Source of the DNA: Nitrospirota bacterium
GTDB taxonomy: Bacteria; Nitrospirota; UBA9217
Direction of reading: 5' to 3'
DNA length: 64,000 nucleotides
Assembly (NCBI GenBank): GCA_963845065.1
Contig: CAWJQQ010000002.1
Span: 320,001-384,000, forward strand
Part shown: positions 41,839-53,581 of the stretch, one piece after another
How positions within the stretch are numbered: the first letter of the stretch is position 1
Layout of the letters: every line of letters begins with the position of its first letter
Made by a program: the position numbers and the translations under genes
Notes under the pieces: generated by a model
Told to the model about the DNA's origin: nothing
Seen by the model: the letters and a program-made list of their open reading frames with translations, nothing else
Databases searched by the model: none

Positions 41839-42771
41839 TTACTGCCCTTTCGCCTTCGTCTTCACCTTGCGGACGTAGGATGCAGCGCGCATGCCGGCAA
41901 CGGACCCTTCACCAGCAGCTGCGATGATCTGCATGCCGCCACAGGTACAGTCACCTGCAGCAAAAACGCCGTCGAGGTTCATCCGCTGGTGTTTGTCGAC
42001 AATCAGACAGCCGCGGTCATCGGTCAGGCCACCTGCCTTCAGGATAAGCTGTGAAATGGGTGTGGAGCCCATGGCGATGAATATGCCCTCAAGGACCAAC
42101 ACAGTCTCCGCACTATCGCGGCTGATCCGAAGTCCGGTGACCAGTTCATCGCCAACGACCGCGTGGATCTTTGAGACCGGCAGGATTTCTATGTTCGATT
42201 TGGATTTCAGCCTTTTCATGACGGCATTCACAATATCGAGGTCTCTGTGCGGGACCATGATCACTTTCTCAGCTAGGTCGGACAGGTGAAGCGCTTCTTC
42301 AGCCGCTTCATCGTCGGCGCCAACGACCGCCACGGTTCGTCCTTTAAAGAAGTTGCCATCGCAGGTCGCGCAATAGGATACCCCCTTGCCGAGGAACTCC
42401 TTGGCACCGGGCACTTCGAGTTTCTTCCTGGCCACTCCAATTGCGATGATCACAACGTGGGCTTCGTACGTCTCGTCACGCGTGCGTACCCGCTTTACTG
42501 CGGACTGCAGTTCCATGTCCACTACTTCTACGGGATAGACGATCGTCGCACCGAATTTTTCAGCCTGTTTTGCCATTATCTGAGTCAAATCCATGCCGTG
42601 GATGGTCTCATACCCTGGAAAATTTTCAATGTGAGCGATCTTGGCGGTATAGCCGCCGACAAAATCTTTTTCAAGCACGATGCATTTCTGGCCTGCTCTA
42701 CCGAGATAGATCGCCGCTGTCAGCCCTGCGGGGCCGGAACCGATAATGATTGCATCATAAAACTGTGACAT
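41839..42771 (-). CDS. trxB: Thioredoxin reductase
   Basis: GSGPAGLTAAIY, ENFPG, GVSYCATCDG, FAAGD. Confidence 0.9.
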   Translation of the reverse strand: MSQFYDAIIIGSGPAGLTAAIYLGRAGQKCIVLEKDFVGGYTAKIAHIENFPGYETIHGMDLTQIMAKQAEKFGATIVYPVEVVDMELQSAVKRVRTRDETYEAHVVIIAIGVARKKLEVPGAKEFLGKGVSYCATCDGNFFKGRTVAVVGADDEAAEEALHLSDLAEKVIMVPHRDLDIVNAVMKRLKSKSNIEILPVSKIHAVVGDELVTGLRISRDSAETVLVLEGIFIAMGSTPISQLILKAGGLTDDRGCLIVDKHQRMNLDGVFAAGDCTCGGMQIIAAAGEGSVAGMRAASYVRKVKTKAKGQ

Positions 42772-42937
42772 GCAAATTCCTCCTTGATGTCGGTGAATAC
42801 TGCATTTTATCTGAGAGACGAAGACAAGTCAACTGCGTATCTGAGTTGTATCCAAGGCATACATTAAGCATTTGTTCTCTGCTTGCATCATGCAGCTCAA
42901 TTCTGGTAGTATGGCAGTAGATAGCATAGGGGGGGGC

Positions 42938-43111
42938 ATGACGCAGGAAAAAATAATTGAGGCGATTAGGTCCAGAACCGTGAGCAACCGGCTCAGCTGC
43001 GAAAAAGCACATGAGATCTCTGCTACGCTGGGCATCTCTCTACAGGAAATCGGCGTGCTATGCAACGAATTAAAAATAAAAATTTCATCCTGCCAGCTTG
43101 GCTGCTTTTAA
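42938..43111 (+). CDS. Small Cys-containing conserved hypothetical protein
   Basis: LSC..AH.I...IG..CNEL.IKI..CQLGCF pattern. Confidence 0.75.
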   Translation: MTQEKIIEAIRSRTVSNRLSCEKAHEISATLGISLQEIGVLCNELKIKISSCQLGCF

Positions 43112-43220
43112 CTTTGGCCTCGGACGAGTCTCTTGAGTATCGACACAGACAAGTGGCTTAGATTCTGATGCTCGATGGTAAATTCTCTCGCTAGTTGCAA
43201 GGGGTTAGCTATGTTGCGGG

Positions 43221-44378
43221 TCAGGGGATATGGGTAGGGCCTGTGGAACTCTGGTCAGCCCTCATGCCGGGCATGGTTAACGTATCGCAGTAACAGGTCA
43301 CTCTGTTCTTGCCTAATGATTTAGATCGATAGAGAGCGATATCGGCTTCGTGGATCAGTTCTGAGACCGGCTTCATCGATTCCACATCCATGGTAGCGAC
43401 GCCGAGACTGACTGTCACTTTTTCATTCGGGTGGGCGGCCTTTACAGTAAACGGGTATTCATCCACGGATTTGCGTACGCGTTCTGCGACTGCCATGGCT
43501 TCCTCGATATCGGTCTCCGCGAGCAGGACAGAAAATTCTTCACCACCGTACCGAAAGCAAGTATCCGTGCTGCCGGTCCTACACGCCGCTTTCAGCAGCG
43601 GGCCCATCTGCGCGATCAGTCTGCTTCCTTCGAGGTGCCCATAGCTGTCATTGATCCGTTTGAAATCGTCGATATCTATCATGATGAACGAAAACTCCCG
43701 GCCGGTGCGAAGCTTCCTGCGCACCTCTTCGTCAAGTTTTTCGATTAGAACACGGTAATTCAGCATTCCCGTCAATTCATCCACCCGTGAAAGTTCAAGC
43801 GTCTTACGAAAGAGCTCTGCTTTCTCCAACCCGGCCGAGATGAGGTGGGATAAGGTCCTGAGGAGGTCGAAATCCTCGACCCGGAATGCCGACGTTTTAC
43901 CGTGGCTGAATCCCATGACACCGACTATGCGATTTTCATTCTTGAGCGGAATGCCTATATAACTGCCGTAGTCCTTTTGCTCATCGGGGTGGTGCAGAAA
44001 ACCATCAAATAGAGCAGTGTCATCCAGAAATAGCGGTTCGCCGCTGGCGGCAATGGTGCCCGGCGCCCCATTATCGAAGAAGATGGGCTCAGCCATTTTT
44101 GACTGTAATAGAGGATTATGCAGAAGGATTGGTTCCAGTCCCGTCAGGTCCTTTTTCACCATGTATACGGAAGCGTCCTCAAAAACGACGGTTTTGCCGA
44201 TGGTGGCAATTATTTTTTGGATCAGTTCAGTCGGTTCGAGTTCCGATGCGATGATTTTTCCGACCTCATAAAAAAGGTGGGTCTCCGTCAGCTTTCGGAA
44301 GAATAGGGTCTTGAAATCACGTGCACTGGCGGCAGCCGGCTCTCTCAGTTTTTTCAAGGTTTTTTTAACTTTTGACAT
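43221..44378 (-). CDS. GAF-GGDEF diguanylate cyclase
   Basis: GAF domain, DELTG..N.R, DIDDFKRINDSYGH, RYGGEEF, AD.ALY.SK..GKNR. Confidence 0.92.
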   Translation of the reverse strand: MSKVKKTLKKLREPAAASARDFKTLFFRKLTETHLFYEVGKIIASELEPTELIQKIIATIGKTVVFEDASVYMVKKDLTGLEPILLHNPLLQSKMAEPIFFDNGAPGTIAASGEPLFLDDTALFDGFLHHPDEQKDYGSYIGIPLKNENRIVGVMGFSHGKTSAFRVEDFDLLRTLSHLISAGLEKAELFRKTLELSRVDELTGMLNYRVLIEKLDEEVRRKLRTGREFSFIMIDIDDFKRINDSYGHLEGSRLIAQMGPLLKAACRTGSTDTCFRYGGEEFSVLLAETDIEEAMAVAERVRKSVDEYPFTVKAAHPNEKVTVSLGVATMDVESMKPVSELIHEADIALYRSKSLGKNRVTCYCDTLTMPGMRADQSSTGPTHIP

Positions 44379-44668
44379 CACCCACCTGTCCAGGGCACGA
44401 AATGGATAATCCGACAAAAAAAGTATACCACATTTTTATTTTTTAAACCACAATTAATTTTCACTTTTTGTAGGAAAATTTTCTGCATAAAAAGTTGCAC
44501 TTTGTCGCCCCACGGAAGATAGCCGTATTTCTTTTTGGCTATGCTTAACATGTTCCCCTAGTAGTCGACAAAATCAGGTGCAGACGCATCTCATATGCCC
44601 TAATTCCGTGATAAAATATTTTATCCTAAAGGACGAGGCCCGCGGCCCGAGCTTTGGCTACTAAACCA

Positions 44669-47269
44669 TTACAATACTCGTAATGTTTGGACGTCCGTTT
44701 TGAACACAAGATGCCTGTTAGCGCGGTCGATAACGACCCGCGTTCCTTCCTTTACTTCCCCGGAAAGGATCTTCGAGGCAAGCGAATTCAAAATTTCCCG
44801 CTGGATCACCCGCTTGAGCGGTCGCGCTCCGTAAATGAGGTCGAATCCTTCTTCCGCCATCAGCTCTTTCGCACCTTCGCTAAGTTCGATCTCGATTTTC
44901 TTGTCCGCCAACCTCTTCTGGACCTGACTAACCTGGATCTCAACGATCTTTTTCAGTATGTCGGCATCGAGCGGATGGAAGATGATAGTATCATCGACGC
45001 GGTTCAGGAATTCAGGCCGGAAGTGCTGCCGCATTGCCTCCGTCACCCGTCTCCGCATCTCGTCTTCGTCATTCTGGAGGTCCTGAATATACTGGCTCCC
45101 TATGTTCGACGTCATGATCACCACAGTGTTCTTAAAATCCACGGTCCGTCCCTGGCCATCGGTAAGCCTGCCGTCGTCAAGGAGCTGCAGCAATACGTTA
45201 AACACCTCGGGATGCGCTTTCTCGATCTCGTCAAAGAGGATAACAGCATAGGGTCTGCGACGTACCGCTTCAGTAAGCTGTCCCCCTTCCTCATAGCCGA
45301 CGTATCCAGGAGGAGCACCGATCAGGCGGGAAACTGTATGTCGTTCCTGGTATTCGGACATGTCAATGCGGACCATGGCCTGCTCGTCGTCGAACAGAAA
45401 CTCGGCAAGCGCCCGCGCGAGCTCGGTTTTACCCACTCCCGTGGGCCCCATGAAGATAAAGCTACCGATCGGCCGGTTCGGGTCCTGGATCCCTGCGCGG
45501 GCACGGCGCACTGCATCCGACACGGCAATGATCGCGTCGTCCTGGCCGATAACACGCTTGCGTAGGCGGTCCTCCATATGCAGGAGCTTCTGCATTTCGC
45601 CCTCAAGCATCTTGCTCACCGGAATGCCGGTCCACTTGGACACAATCTCTGCCACGTCCTCTTCGTCTACTTCTTCCTTCAGAATCTTTGTCTCAGCCTG
45701 AATAGCACGCAGTTTGGAAGATTCTGCCTCGAGTTGTTTCTGCAGTTCAAGCAGCTTGCCGTAACGCAATTCCGCCGCGCGTCCGAGACTTCCTTCCCGT
45801 TCGGCCTTCTCAGCCTCGAGCTTAGCTTTTTCAATCTGTTCCTTGATGCCTCGTATTTTCTGGATGCTCTCTTTTTCCGATTGCCACTGAACCATGAGTC
45901 CGCTTCTCTTTTCACCACTTTCTGCGATTTCTTTCTCTATCTTCGCGAGCCGCTCGAGCGAGGCCGGATCCTGCTCTTTTTTTACGGCTTCACGTTCAAT
46001 CTCGAGCTGCCGTATCCTGCGCTCAACCTCATCGAGTTCTGTCGGCATGCTGTCTATTTCCATGCGGAGGCGCGAGGCTGCTTCATCGATCAGATCGATG
46101 GCCTTGTCGGGAAGAAAGCGGTCGGCAATGTAGCGGTGTGAAAGGACCGCCGCGCTCACTAGAGCGGCATCCTTGATCTTGACGCCGTGGTGGACCTCGT
46201 AGCGTTCCTTGAGGCCGCGGAGGATAGATATCGAGTCCTCTACAGATGGTTCGCGCACCAATACGGGCTGGAATCGCCGTGCGAGTGCTGGGTCTTTTTC
46301 AATGTGTTTACGGTATTCGTTCAAGGTCGTAGCGCCTACGCATCGCAAATCGCCGCGGGCAAGGGCCGGTTTCAGCATGTTCGAGGCATCCATGGCGCCT
46401 TCTGCTGCCCCTGCGCCCACAACGGTATGGAGCTCATCAATGAATAAAATTACGGCGCCGCTCGCTTCGGTCACTTCTTTAAGAACTGCTTTGAGCCTAT
46501 CCTCAAATTCGCCTCGGTATTTCGCGCCGGCAATGAGGGCACCCATGTCGAGCGCAATAACGCGTTTGTCCTTGAGCCCCTCAGGCACATCACCGGAGAC
46601 GATCCTCTGCGCGAGCCCCTCGGCGATTGCCGTCTTGCCTACGCCCGGCTCGCCGATTAGAACAGGGTTGTTCTTAGTCCTGCGGGAAAGCACCTGGACC
46701 ACGCGCCGGATCTCTTCGTCCCTGCCGATCACGGGATCGAGCTTACCGCGCCGGGCCAACTCGGTCAGGTCCCGACCATAACGGGCCAGCGCTTGATACT
46801 TGTCTTCTGGATTCTGATCCGTAACGCGCTGGCTGCCGCGGATATCGACGAGGGCCGTAAAAATCGCGTCTTTGGAAACCCCGTGTCTGGTAAGAATATC
46901 TCGAGCCGCACCGTCTCCATCGGCGGCCGCGATCAGGAGATGTTCGGTGCTCACATATTCGTCCTTCAGCCGCTCTGCTTCCTGCTCGGCTCGCTCGAAC
47001 AGTTTGCTGAGCCGTGGAGAGAGATAGGTCTGCACCAGCCCTTCGACTTTTGGAAGCCTGTTTAATACATCCTCAATGTCCCCCTCGATCCTCCCTGGGT
47101 CTGCACCTAGTTTTTTGAGTAGGGGCGGCACGACCCCATCAGTCTGCTCAAGCAGCGCGAGCAGAAGATGTTCTGTTTCAATGTACTGATGGTGCCGTTT
47201 CGCCGCGCTATCTTGTGCTGTTTGCAGCGCCTCTGACGCTTTCAATGTTAACTTATCGAACCGTGCCAT
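44669..47269 (-). CDS. clpB: ATP-dependent chaperone ClpB
   Basis: Two AAA+ modules ([16 protein letters not shown]) and a coiled-coil middle domain. Confidence 0.97.
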   Translation of the reverse strand: MARFDKLTLKASEALQTAQDSAAKRHHQYIETEHLLLALLEQTDGVVPPLLKKLGADPGRIEGDIEDVLNRLPKVEGLVQTYLSPRLSKLFERAEQEAERLKDEYVSTEHLLIAAADGDGAARDILTRHGVSKDAIFTALVDIRGSQRVTDQNPEDKYQALARYGRDLTELARRGKLDPVIGRDEEIRRVVQVLSRRTKNNPVLIGEPGVGKTAIAEGLAQRIVSGDVPEGLKDKRVIALDMGALIAGAKYRGEFEDRLKAVLKEVTEASGAVILFIDELHTVVGAGAAEGAMDASNMLKPALARGDLRCVGATTLNEYRKHIEKDPALARRFQPVLVREPSVEDSISILRGLKERYEVHHGVKIKDAALVSAAVLSHRYIADRFLPDKAIDLIDEAASRLRMEIDSMPTELDEVERRIRQLEIEREAVKKEQDPASLERLAKIEKEIAESGEKRSGLMVQWQSEKESIQKIRGIKEQIEKAKLEAEKAEREGSLGRAAELRYGKLLELQKQLEAESSKLRAIQAETKILKEEVDEEDVAEIVSKWTGIPVSKMLEGEMQKLLHMEDRLRKRVIGQDDAIIAVSDAVRRARAGIQDPNRPIGSFIFMGPTGVGKTELARALAEFLFDDEQAMVRIDMSEYQERHTVSRLIGAPPGYVGYEEGGQLTEAVRRRPYAVILFDEIEKAHPEVFNVLLQLLDDGRLTDGQGRTVDFKNTVVIMTSNIGSQYIQDLQNDEDEMRRRVTEAMRQHFRPEFLNRVDDTIIFHPLDADILKKIVEIQVSQVQKRLADKKIEIELSEGAKELMAEEGFDLIYGARPLKRVIQREILNSLASKILSGEVKEGTRVVIDRANRHLVFKTDVQTLRVL

Positions 47270-47393
47270 ACATCCCTCCAACCATGTGCAGACGTAATAC
47301 CACCACGCCGCACGTCATTGCGGTAATCCTCCCTCGCGTACCAAGCATCCCCTTGCCATCCATTGTTCGACGATGCGGTCGGCTGAGTGCGTA

Positions 47394-47768
47394 TCACTCT
47401 CTTCTCACAACAATTCTTCTCACTGGCACGAGGGCATTCCGCAGATCTTCCCTGCGCCTGATCTCACGGGAAAGTTCCTCGCGGAGCTGGAGAATGGCAT
47501 CTTCCATCTCCCGCTGCATCTGCTCCATTCTCTCACGCATCGAGAGAATAACCTCCACACCGGCAAGATTCACGCCGAGTTCCCGTGTGAGCCGCAGGAT
47601 CATTTCAAGTTTTTCAACGTCCTCCTCGGAATAAAGCCGCGTGTTCCCGTCGCTCCGCTTTGGTTTGATAAATCCCTCGCGCTCGTAGAGTCTGAGGGTC
47701 TGGGGGTGGATTCCCAGCATCTCCGATACGACGCTGATCATGAATAGTCGGTGCTCATGCGATGCCAT
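47394..47768 (-). CDS. hspR: MerR-family heat-shock repressor HspR
   Basis: ISVVSEMLGIHPQTLRLYEREG, GVNLAGV; lies between dnaJ and clpB. Confidence 0.88.
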   Translation of the reverse strand: MASHEHRLFMISVVSEMLGIHPQTLRLYEREGFIKPKRSDGNTRLYSEEDVEKLEMILRLTRELGVNLAGVEVILSMRERMEQMQREMEDAILQLREELSREIRRREDLRNALVPVRRIVVRRE

Positions 47769-47859
47769 AGCTCACTCCGTCTAAATGGCGCTTCATGGAT
47801 CACCCTTTTCTGCATCCTCTCCCCAGTGATGAGAGGATTGGTGAAGGGGGACACCTCTC

Positions 47860-48993
47860 TCAGTTTCTTTTTTTGAACCCCCTGAAGGTAATAGCGCTCC
47901 TCGGGTTCGAAGGGTGCAATCGGTCGAGCTCCCGAAGGAGTTCCTTGCCCCGCTCTGAAAGGTTTGTCGGCGTAACAACTTTGATCGTTACATAGTGGTC
48001 TCCTACACCTCCGCCTCCGAAATGGGGCACGCCTTTGCCTTTCAGTTTCATCTGCTGGCCTGTCTGCACTCCCTCCGGAAGGGACAGTGAGACAATTCCA
48101 TCAACCGTTGGGATCTCGATTTTTTCTCCCAGAGCAGCTTCCTTGACTGTAACACTTGCTTCCGAATGCAGATTATCGCCTTTCCGTTCAAAATAGGGGT
48201 GGGACCTCACCTTGGTCACAATATACACATCACCCGGAGGTCCGCCTTTTTCGCCGTGGCCACCCAAGCCTGCCATGCGTACCTTGGAGCCGTTGTCAAC
48301 GCCTGAGGGGATCTTAACACTGATCCGATCCGACTTGGAGGTAACTCCCCGGCCTGAGCAGTTTTTGCAAGGATTCGGATTGATTGTCCCTTCACCGCGG
48401 CAAGTAGGGCAAGGCTGTGCGACTTGCATGAATCCTCTGCCCTGCGAAATGCTCCCTGTTCCCATGCAGGTCGGACATGTACGACGAGAGGTCCCTGGTT
48501 GTGCACCTGAGCCGTTGCAGACCGCACACGTCACTTCACGCTGAAGGTCAACCTGCATGGTTTTACCGAGGATTGCATCCTCCAAGTCTACTTCTACCGT
48601 ATAAGTAGCATCTTCGCCTTTTGCAGGCCCCCGATGCCCTGCACGTTCACCGAAAAGATTGCTGAATATGTCCTCAAACCCGTAAACGCCGGAAGAGCTG
48701 GTGCCTCGCCCAAAACCTTCAAACCCCTGAGCTGAACCAGCACCCGGGCCATAGCTCTGGTCGAATGCAGCATGGCCGAATTGATCGTACTGCTGTTTCT
48801 TTTTAGCATCGGAGAGTACCTCATAAGCTTCATTGATTTCCTTAAACTTCTGCTCGGAAGCCTTATCGCCAGGGTTGACATCAGGGTGGTATTTTCTCGC
48901 GAGTTTCCTGAATGCTTTTTTTACTTCAGACTCAGAGGCACTTTTTTTTATGCCCAGAAGCTCGTAATAGTCTTTTTTTGTTGTTGGTCCCAT
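47860..48993 (-). CDS. dnaJ: Chaperone DnaJ
   Basis: J domain with HPD, G/F region, four CxxCxGxG repeats. Confidence 0.95.
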   Translation of the reverse strand: MGPTTKKDYYELLGIKKSASESEVKKAFRKLARKYHPDVNPGDKASEQKFKEINEAYEVLSDAKKKQQYDQFGHAAFDQSYGPGAGSAQGFEGFGRGTSSSGVYGFEDIFSNLFGERAGHRGPAKGEDATYTVEVDLEDAILGKTMQVDLQREVTCAVCNGSGAQPGTSRRTCPTCMGTGSISQGRGFMQVAQPCPTCRGEGTINPNPCKNCSGRGVTSKSDRISVKIPSGVDNGSKVRMAGLGGHGEKGGPPGDVYIVTKVRSHPYFERKGDNLHSEASVTVKEAALGEKIEIPTVDGIVSLSLPEGVQTGQQMKLKGKGVPHFGGGGVGDHYVTIKVVTPTNLSERGKELLRELDRLHPSNPRSAITFRGFKKRN

Positions 48994-49030
48994 AGTATTT
49001 ATATACCCCTAATGATATTATAATGAAGTT

Positions 49031-49060
49031 ATTATAAAATATGAGTGCATCATTGTCAAG
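49031..49060 (-). promoter_or_regulatory. dnaJ promoter overlapping a HAIR-like operator
   Basis: Perfect TTGACA-N17-TATAAT; TATGAGT-N7-TGTCAAG (49040-49060) resembles HAIR CTTGAGT-N7-ACTCAAG. Confidence 0.8.
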
Positions 49061-49203
49061 TAAAGCGGAAAAAAATATGGTAGTTATTTAACTACCATAC
49101 ACTTACTAACGTAAAAGGTTTATAAAACGAATACAATTCCCACTCAAATACATGTTTTCACGTTTTATTTGCTTATAAGTACCACTTATTATAATAATAT
49201 ACT

Positions 49204-49887
49204 TTAATTTAGTAAATGGTCATAAACTCTTTTTGCCATTTTTCCTACTTCCAAATCCTCAAAATCATTAGTTCTATAGACCCAGGCCACAGTCTCATCA
49301 TTTATTAGGTTCTCGACCTGACTGATTACTTCTTTCAGTGCAACCGGACTAAATCGTTCTTTCAATATATAAACGAGCTCAAGAGCATAAATTTTGGCAA
49401 GCGGGTCACATTCAATAAGTCCGCAAATCACCAGTCTCTCGAACGGGATGACCGACTCGGGTTGGGTCTCCGAGATCCGTTTTAGTGCATAAAGAACACC
49501 GGGTCTGAAAACCTGTTCGTCAATTGTGAAGATATCCGCAATTAAAGGAATGACATCCGACATTTTCCCCGGATCAGCGCTGACAATTTCTCCCAGAATC
49601 TCGGGAGCCGACCATCCAATGCCACCAGATTCATCTGACAGGGACCATAACAGTTTCCGAATGGCATCTCGAAGGAAAGCATAGTTGTTCTTTATATACA
49701 GCGAGGCAACGTGACCAATCGCCCTAATGGACCGCCAGCCAATTAGCGTAGTCTTATCATACGCAAGCCGCACCAGCACACTGAAAACATTCCTGCTCTG
49801 CAATGCTAACGTCCTGACAGTTTCGTAATCATTCGCTTCTAGAGCATTTATAACCGTCTGCTTTAATTCCAACTGGGTAAGCATCAT
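49204..49887 (-). CDS. HEAT-repeat protein, DVU0298-like family
   Basis: LLWSLSDESGGIGWSAPE.LGEI signature. Confidence 0.8.
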   Translation of the reverse strand: MMLTQLELKQTVINALEANDYETVRTLALQSRNVFSVLVRLAYDKTTLIGWRSIRAIGHVASLYIKNNYAFLRDAIRKLLWSLSDESGGIGWSAPEILGEIVSADPGKMSDVIPLIADIFTIDEQVFRPGVLYALKRISETQPESVIPFERLVICGLIECDPLAKIYALELVYILKERFSPVALKEVISQVENLINDETVAWVYRTNDFEDLEVGKMAKRVYDHLLN

Positions 49888-49898
49888 TCACATATGAC

Positions 49899-50405
49899 CT
49901 ATATACGGACCTCTTTAAATGTGATCAACTCCGACAGTGTTGTGGCCAACCACGCCACGAGTTGAACTGTAATGGGCAGCACTAAGCTCGAGAATATTGC
50001 CATGGTAGCCCGTTTCTTCTTGGTCTTCTGTTCCTGCAACACAGGCTCCTTAGCCGTAGTCAAAGCATAATTCAACAGCATGGCAAGGGGCAGATAGGCT
50101 AGTACTCGAAGATAGTATTTCGTCTGGAATACGACTAAAATAGCAATGAGAAGAATCACCTCAATAAACGTGATAAGAGCAGTTCTTTTCATCGAAAGCT
50201 TCCATATTTTTTTCGATAGGATATATTTTACGGCCAGCGTCGCGCCAATGGCGATCATAAACATAGTCGAGACAAATACGAACGTGCAGAAACATCCGAC
50301 TTCCACGGCGCTTGCCGATGGCGGATAAGCCAGGAGTCCCGCTATCAACCCTGCAATGAAAAAAGATAAAGTCAACCCTTCCTTAAACTTCCCCTGTACA
50401 TCCAT
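49899..50405 (-). CDS. Hypothetical membrane protein
   Basis: About five hydrophobic segments; GGAGAGG RBS before ATG 50405. Confidence 0.7.
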   Translation of the reverse strand: MDVQGKFKEGLTLSFFIAGLIAGLLAYPPSASAVEVGCFCTFVFVSTMFMIAIGATLAVKYILSKKIWKLSMKRTALITFIEVILLIAILVVFQTKYYLRVLAYLPLAMLLNYALTTAKEPVLQEQKTKKKRATMAIFSSLVLPITVQLVAWLATTLSELITFKEVRI

Positions 50406-51131
50406 ACGGTCCTCTCCTTTAAAAAGGGCCCCTCTCCCCTTTTGATGCGCATACCTGCGGAACTGAGCTTTTCCCGCTGGCAGCAATCCGATATGAGTGC
50501 AGCCCCTTTTTTTGACCGGTGTGCCGCATGCGTGGTTTTGATCAACAGGGTCTTGAGCAAACCTCTCTTCTCAGAATATTAATAAATGTAGTTCTTATTG
50601 TCAAAGAAATTCGCAATATTTTGATATATTAATTGAAGATTATTGATACATCGCAGTGCGAACATATCGATATGTGTGAATTATTGTTATACTTTGGACA
50701 AGTCAACTACCCATGGATAATTCCAGGGTTTTGTAACTACGCTCCGCCGCAGTTCCGTCGAATGGATCGGCGAGTCCGGCGAACCCACACGACACAAAGG
50801 AGAAACGAGGAGTGAGAATCAATGTTTGCTTTTTCGTAGGATAGAGATATTATTAGTTATTATTTTCAACATTGCAATACTGTAAAAGCCAGCACGTGGT
50901 TCACATCTTGTCACAAATGTCGCCTTTCATCCAATTCCTTACGGAAGGCGAATTCCCGGCGAGAAGTTAAACATATGACAATATCACATGCCAGGATACT
51001 ATTCATCCCTGAATCCAAAATCCTGAGTATTGTTGAATTTTCTGCTCATGTGATTACCATGGTGCAGGCGATACGATTTTGCCGACAACGAGAGCATCTG
51101 TCAAGTCTTCATCAAGATCGTTAGTAATAAT

Positions 51132-51180
51132 TTGACGCTCTCCCACTGCTAATAGAGGAATTCCCGCGCTTTCTCCCTAA
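51132..51180 (-). repeat. IS200/IS605-derived mini-element, TTAG family
   Basis: Minus strand TTAG|GGAGAAAGCGCGGGAATTCCTCTATTAGCAGTGGGAGAGCGTCAA. Confidence 0.6.
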
Positions 51181-51287
51181 CATGGCCATGGGAGAAGGTT
51201 TCTGGTATTCTTTCACAAAAATTCCTTTCCTCCGAAACTTTACGTTTCACGCCTCTTCACGATTAATTTCTTTCATAAGGAGCGTTC

Positions 51288-51476
51288 ATGAAACACTATC
51301 AATTCGCTGTTGTTATCATCGGAGGCGGCCCTGCCCGTGTAACCGCAGCAGGATCGCTTGCAGGAGCCGGCATAACTGTCGCATTAGTTGAAGCCGGTGT
51401 GTACGCTGCGACCGAGAACTGGTCCGGTTGCGTTTACTTCACGAAAAACTTGGATAAATTCCAGGATGAAAAATAG
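51288..51476 (+). pseudogene. FixC-like FAD oxidoreductase, 5' fragment
   Basis: Degenerate GGGPA Rossmann motif and ENWSGCVYF, then a stop at 62 aa. Confidence 0.7.
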
Positions 51477-51485
51477 GAGGTTGGG

Positions 51486-51653
51486 CTACGCCCGGTTGCA
51501 AGGCCTGCGAGAGATAGTCTCCCACATTTCCTCGTCCACCTCGTTGATATACTCTTTGATCGAAAAAACTTTGCCGCACGACGTGCAGCGGAAGGTGACC
51601 GTTTTTCAGCCGATGCGAAGTTCAACTGCTTTACCGCAGATCTTACACTTCAT
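51486..51653 (-). CDS. Dual-CxxC small selenoprotein (in-frame TGA at codon 16)
   Basis: MKCKICGKAVELRIG*KTVTFRCTSCGKVFSIKEYINEVDEEMWETISRRPCNRA; GAGG RBS; hairpin downstream of the TGA. Confidence 0.8.
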
Positions 51654-51808
51654 CAATAAACCTCACTGTCAAAATGCCCAGAGAAACAGTAAGCGAGGAG
51701 AATAATCAACTCACAGCCATTTAAGGATGTTCTCCGCATCCATGGACCTCGCCTCACAGACCACTCCAAGTGGTTAATGCCAGGGACATCTTGCTGATAT
51801 AACAGTAA

Positions 51809-53581
51809 CTACTCCACGATATCCAGCTTGATTGATAGTTCCTTGAGCTGAACCGGAGACACGCGAGATGGTGCGTCAGTCATGACGCAGACAGCCTTTT
51901 GTGTTTTCGGGAAGGCGATCACGTCGCGGATTGACTGCGCACCCGTAAGGATCGACGTGATCCGGTCGAGACCAAAGGCAATCCCGCCGTGGGGCGGAGC
52001 GCCGTATTCGAGTGCTTCGAGCAGGAACCCGAATTTTTTCCTTGCATCTTCTTCTGCAATATTCAAAAGGCCAAACATCTGTGATTGGATTTCCGACCGA
52101 TGGATACGGATGCTACCGCCGCCAATCTCTGAGCCGTTCAATACGATATCATAGGCCTTGGCCCTTACCTTGAGTGGATCAGTTTTCATTAATGCGAGGT
52201 CTTCATCCTTCGGGGCGGTAAAAGGGTGGTGCATTGCGTCGTATCGCTTTTCATCGGCATTCCATTCCACAAGGGGGAAGTCGGTGACCCAAAGGAAGTT
52301 TAGTTTACTTTCGTCAAAGAGGTTCAAGCGCTTGCCCATGAGCAGTCGCAGATAGCCCAGCGTTTCGGCAACAACCTTTGGACTGTCGGCGATAAACATC
52401 ATAAGGTCGCCTGGCTTTGCTCCGAGACGTTCTGCGATGGATTTGATCTGGCCATCCTTGAAAAACTTCGCTATCGGAGACTCGAAACCGGACCCGGTCA
52501 CTTTGATCCAAGCAAGTCCCTTTGCGCCGAAAACCTTTGCCTCATTCGTGAGGTCGTCCACCTCCTTGCGCGAAAGACCAGCCATGCCTGGAGCAGTAAA
52601 ACCTTTCACTTTGCCTCCGAATTCCATGGCATGGAGAAAGACCTTGAAATCAGAAGCCTTGGCAACGTCGGAGATATCCTTAAGTTCCAAACCGAAACGC
52701 GTGTCCGGCTTGTCGGAACCGAAGCGGTCCATGGCATCGCTATAGGGGAGACGCGGGAACGGCACGGTAATCTCGATGCCTTTTACTTGCCGAACAATTT
52801 CGGCGACGAGCTTTTCCATGAGCGTAATGACATCGTCTTCGTCGATGAACGACATCTCAAGATCGATCTGCGTGAACTCGGGCTGTCGGTCTGAGCGAAG
52901 GTCCTCATCTCGGAAACACTTGACGATCTGGTAATAGCGTTCGAAGCCGGCCACCATCAGGATCTGCTTAAAAAGCTGGGGTGATTGCGGGAGTGCGAAG
53001 AACATGCCAGGGTTAACCCTACTCGGAACGAGATAATCCCGGGCGCCTTCGGGCGTGCTCTTCGTGAGGAACGGTGTTTCGATGTCTATGAAGCCATTGC
53101 TGTCGAGGAAGCGCCTTACGGTCTGAGTGATCCGATGACGAGTGATCAGGACCTTTTGAAGGCTCGGACGTCTTAAGTCAAGATAGCGGTACTTGAGTCG
53201 GAGCATCTCTGCAACATCCGTCTCGTCTTCGATCATGAAAGGAGGCGTCTTTGCCTGATTCAGGACCGTCAAGTCTGTCACGAGAACTTCAATCTCGCCA
53301 GTCGGGAGCTTGCGGTTCACGGTTGTGCCCGGCCTTGGCGCTACGGCCCCCGTTACGGCAATCACGAATTCGCTCCTGATATCATGGGCCAGCGCATGGG
53401 CATTCGAAGCCGTTTCGGGATTGAAGACTACCTGCGTGATGCCGCCGCGATCCCTTAGGTCCACAAAAATAAGTCCTCCGTGGTCTCGCCTCGTATGCAC
53501 CCATCCCATAAGCGTCACGACAGCGCCGACGTCCTTTTTTGCCAGTTCACCGCATGTATGCGTTTTTTTGTTTGCTTTCAC
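51809..53581 (-). CDS. aspS: Aspartate--tRNA ligase (probably non-discriminating Asp/Asn)
   Basis: [47 protein letters not shown]. Confidence 0.96.
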   Translation of the reverse strand: MKANKKTHTCGELAKKDVGAVVTLMGWVHTRRDHGGLIFVDLRDRGGITQVVFNPETASNAHALAHDIRSEFVIAVTGAVAPRPGTTVNRKLPTGEIEVLVTDLTVLNQAKTPPFMIEDETDVAEMLRLKYRYLDLRRPSLQKVLITRHRITQTVRRFLDSNGFIDIETPFLTKSTPEGARDYLVPSRVNPGMFFALPQSPQLFKQILMVAGFERYYQIVKCFRDEDLRSDRQPEFTQIDLEMSFIDEDDVITLMEKLVAEIVRQVKGIEITVPFPRLPYSDAMDRFGSDKPDTRFGLELKDISDVAKASDFKVFLHAMEFGGKVKGFTAPGMAGLSRKEVDDLTNEAKVFGAKGLAWIKVTGSGFESPIAKFFKDGQIKSIAERLGAKPGDLMMFIADSPKVVAETLGYLRLLMGKRLNLFDESKLNFLWVTDFPLVEWNADEKRYDAMHHPFTAPKDEDLALMKTDPLKVRAKAYDIVLNGSEIGGGSIRIHRSEIQSQMFGLLNIAEEDARKKFGFLLEALEYGAPPHGGIAFGLDRITSILTGAQSIRDVIAFPKTQKAVCVMTDAPSRVSPVQLKELSIKLDIVE

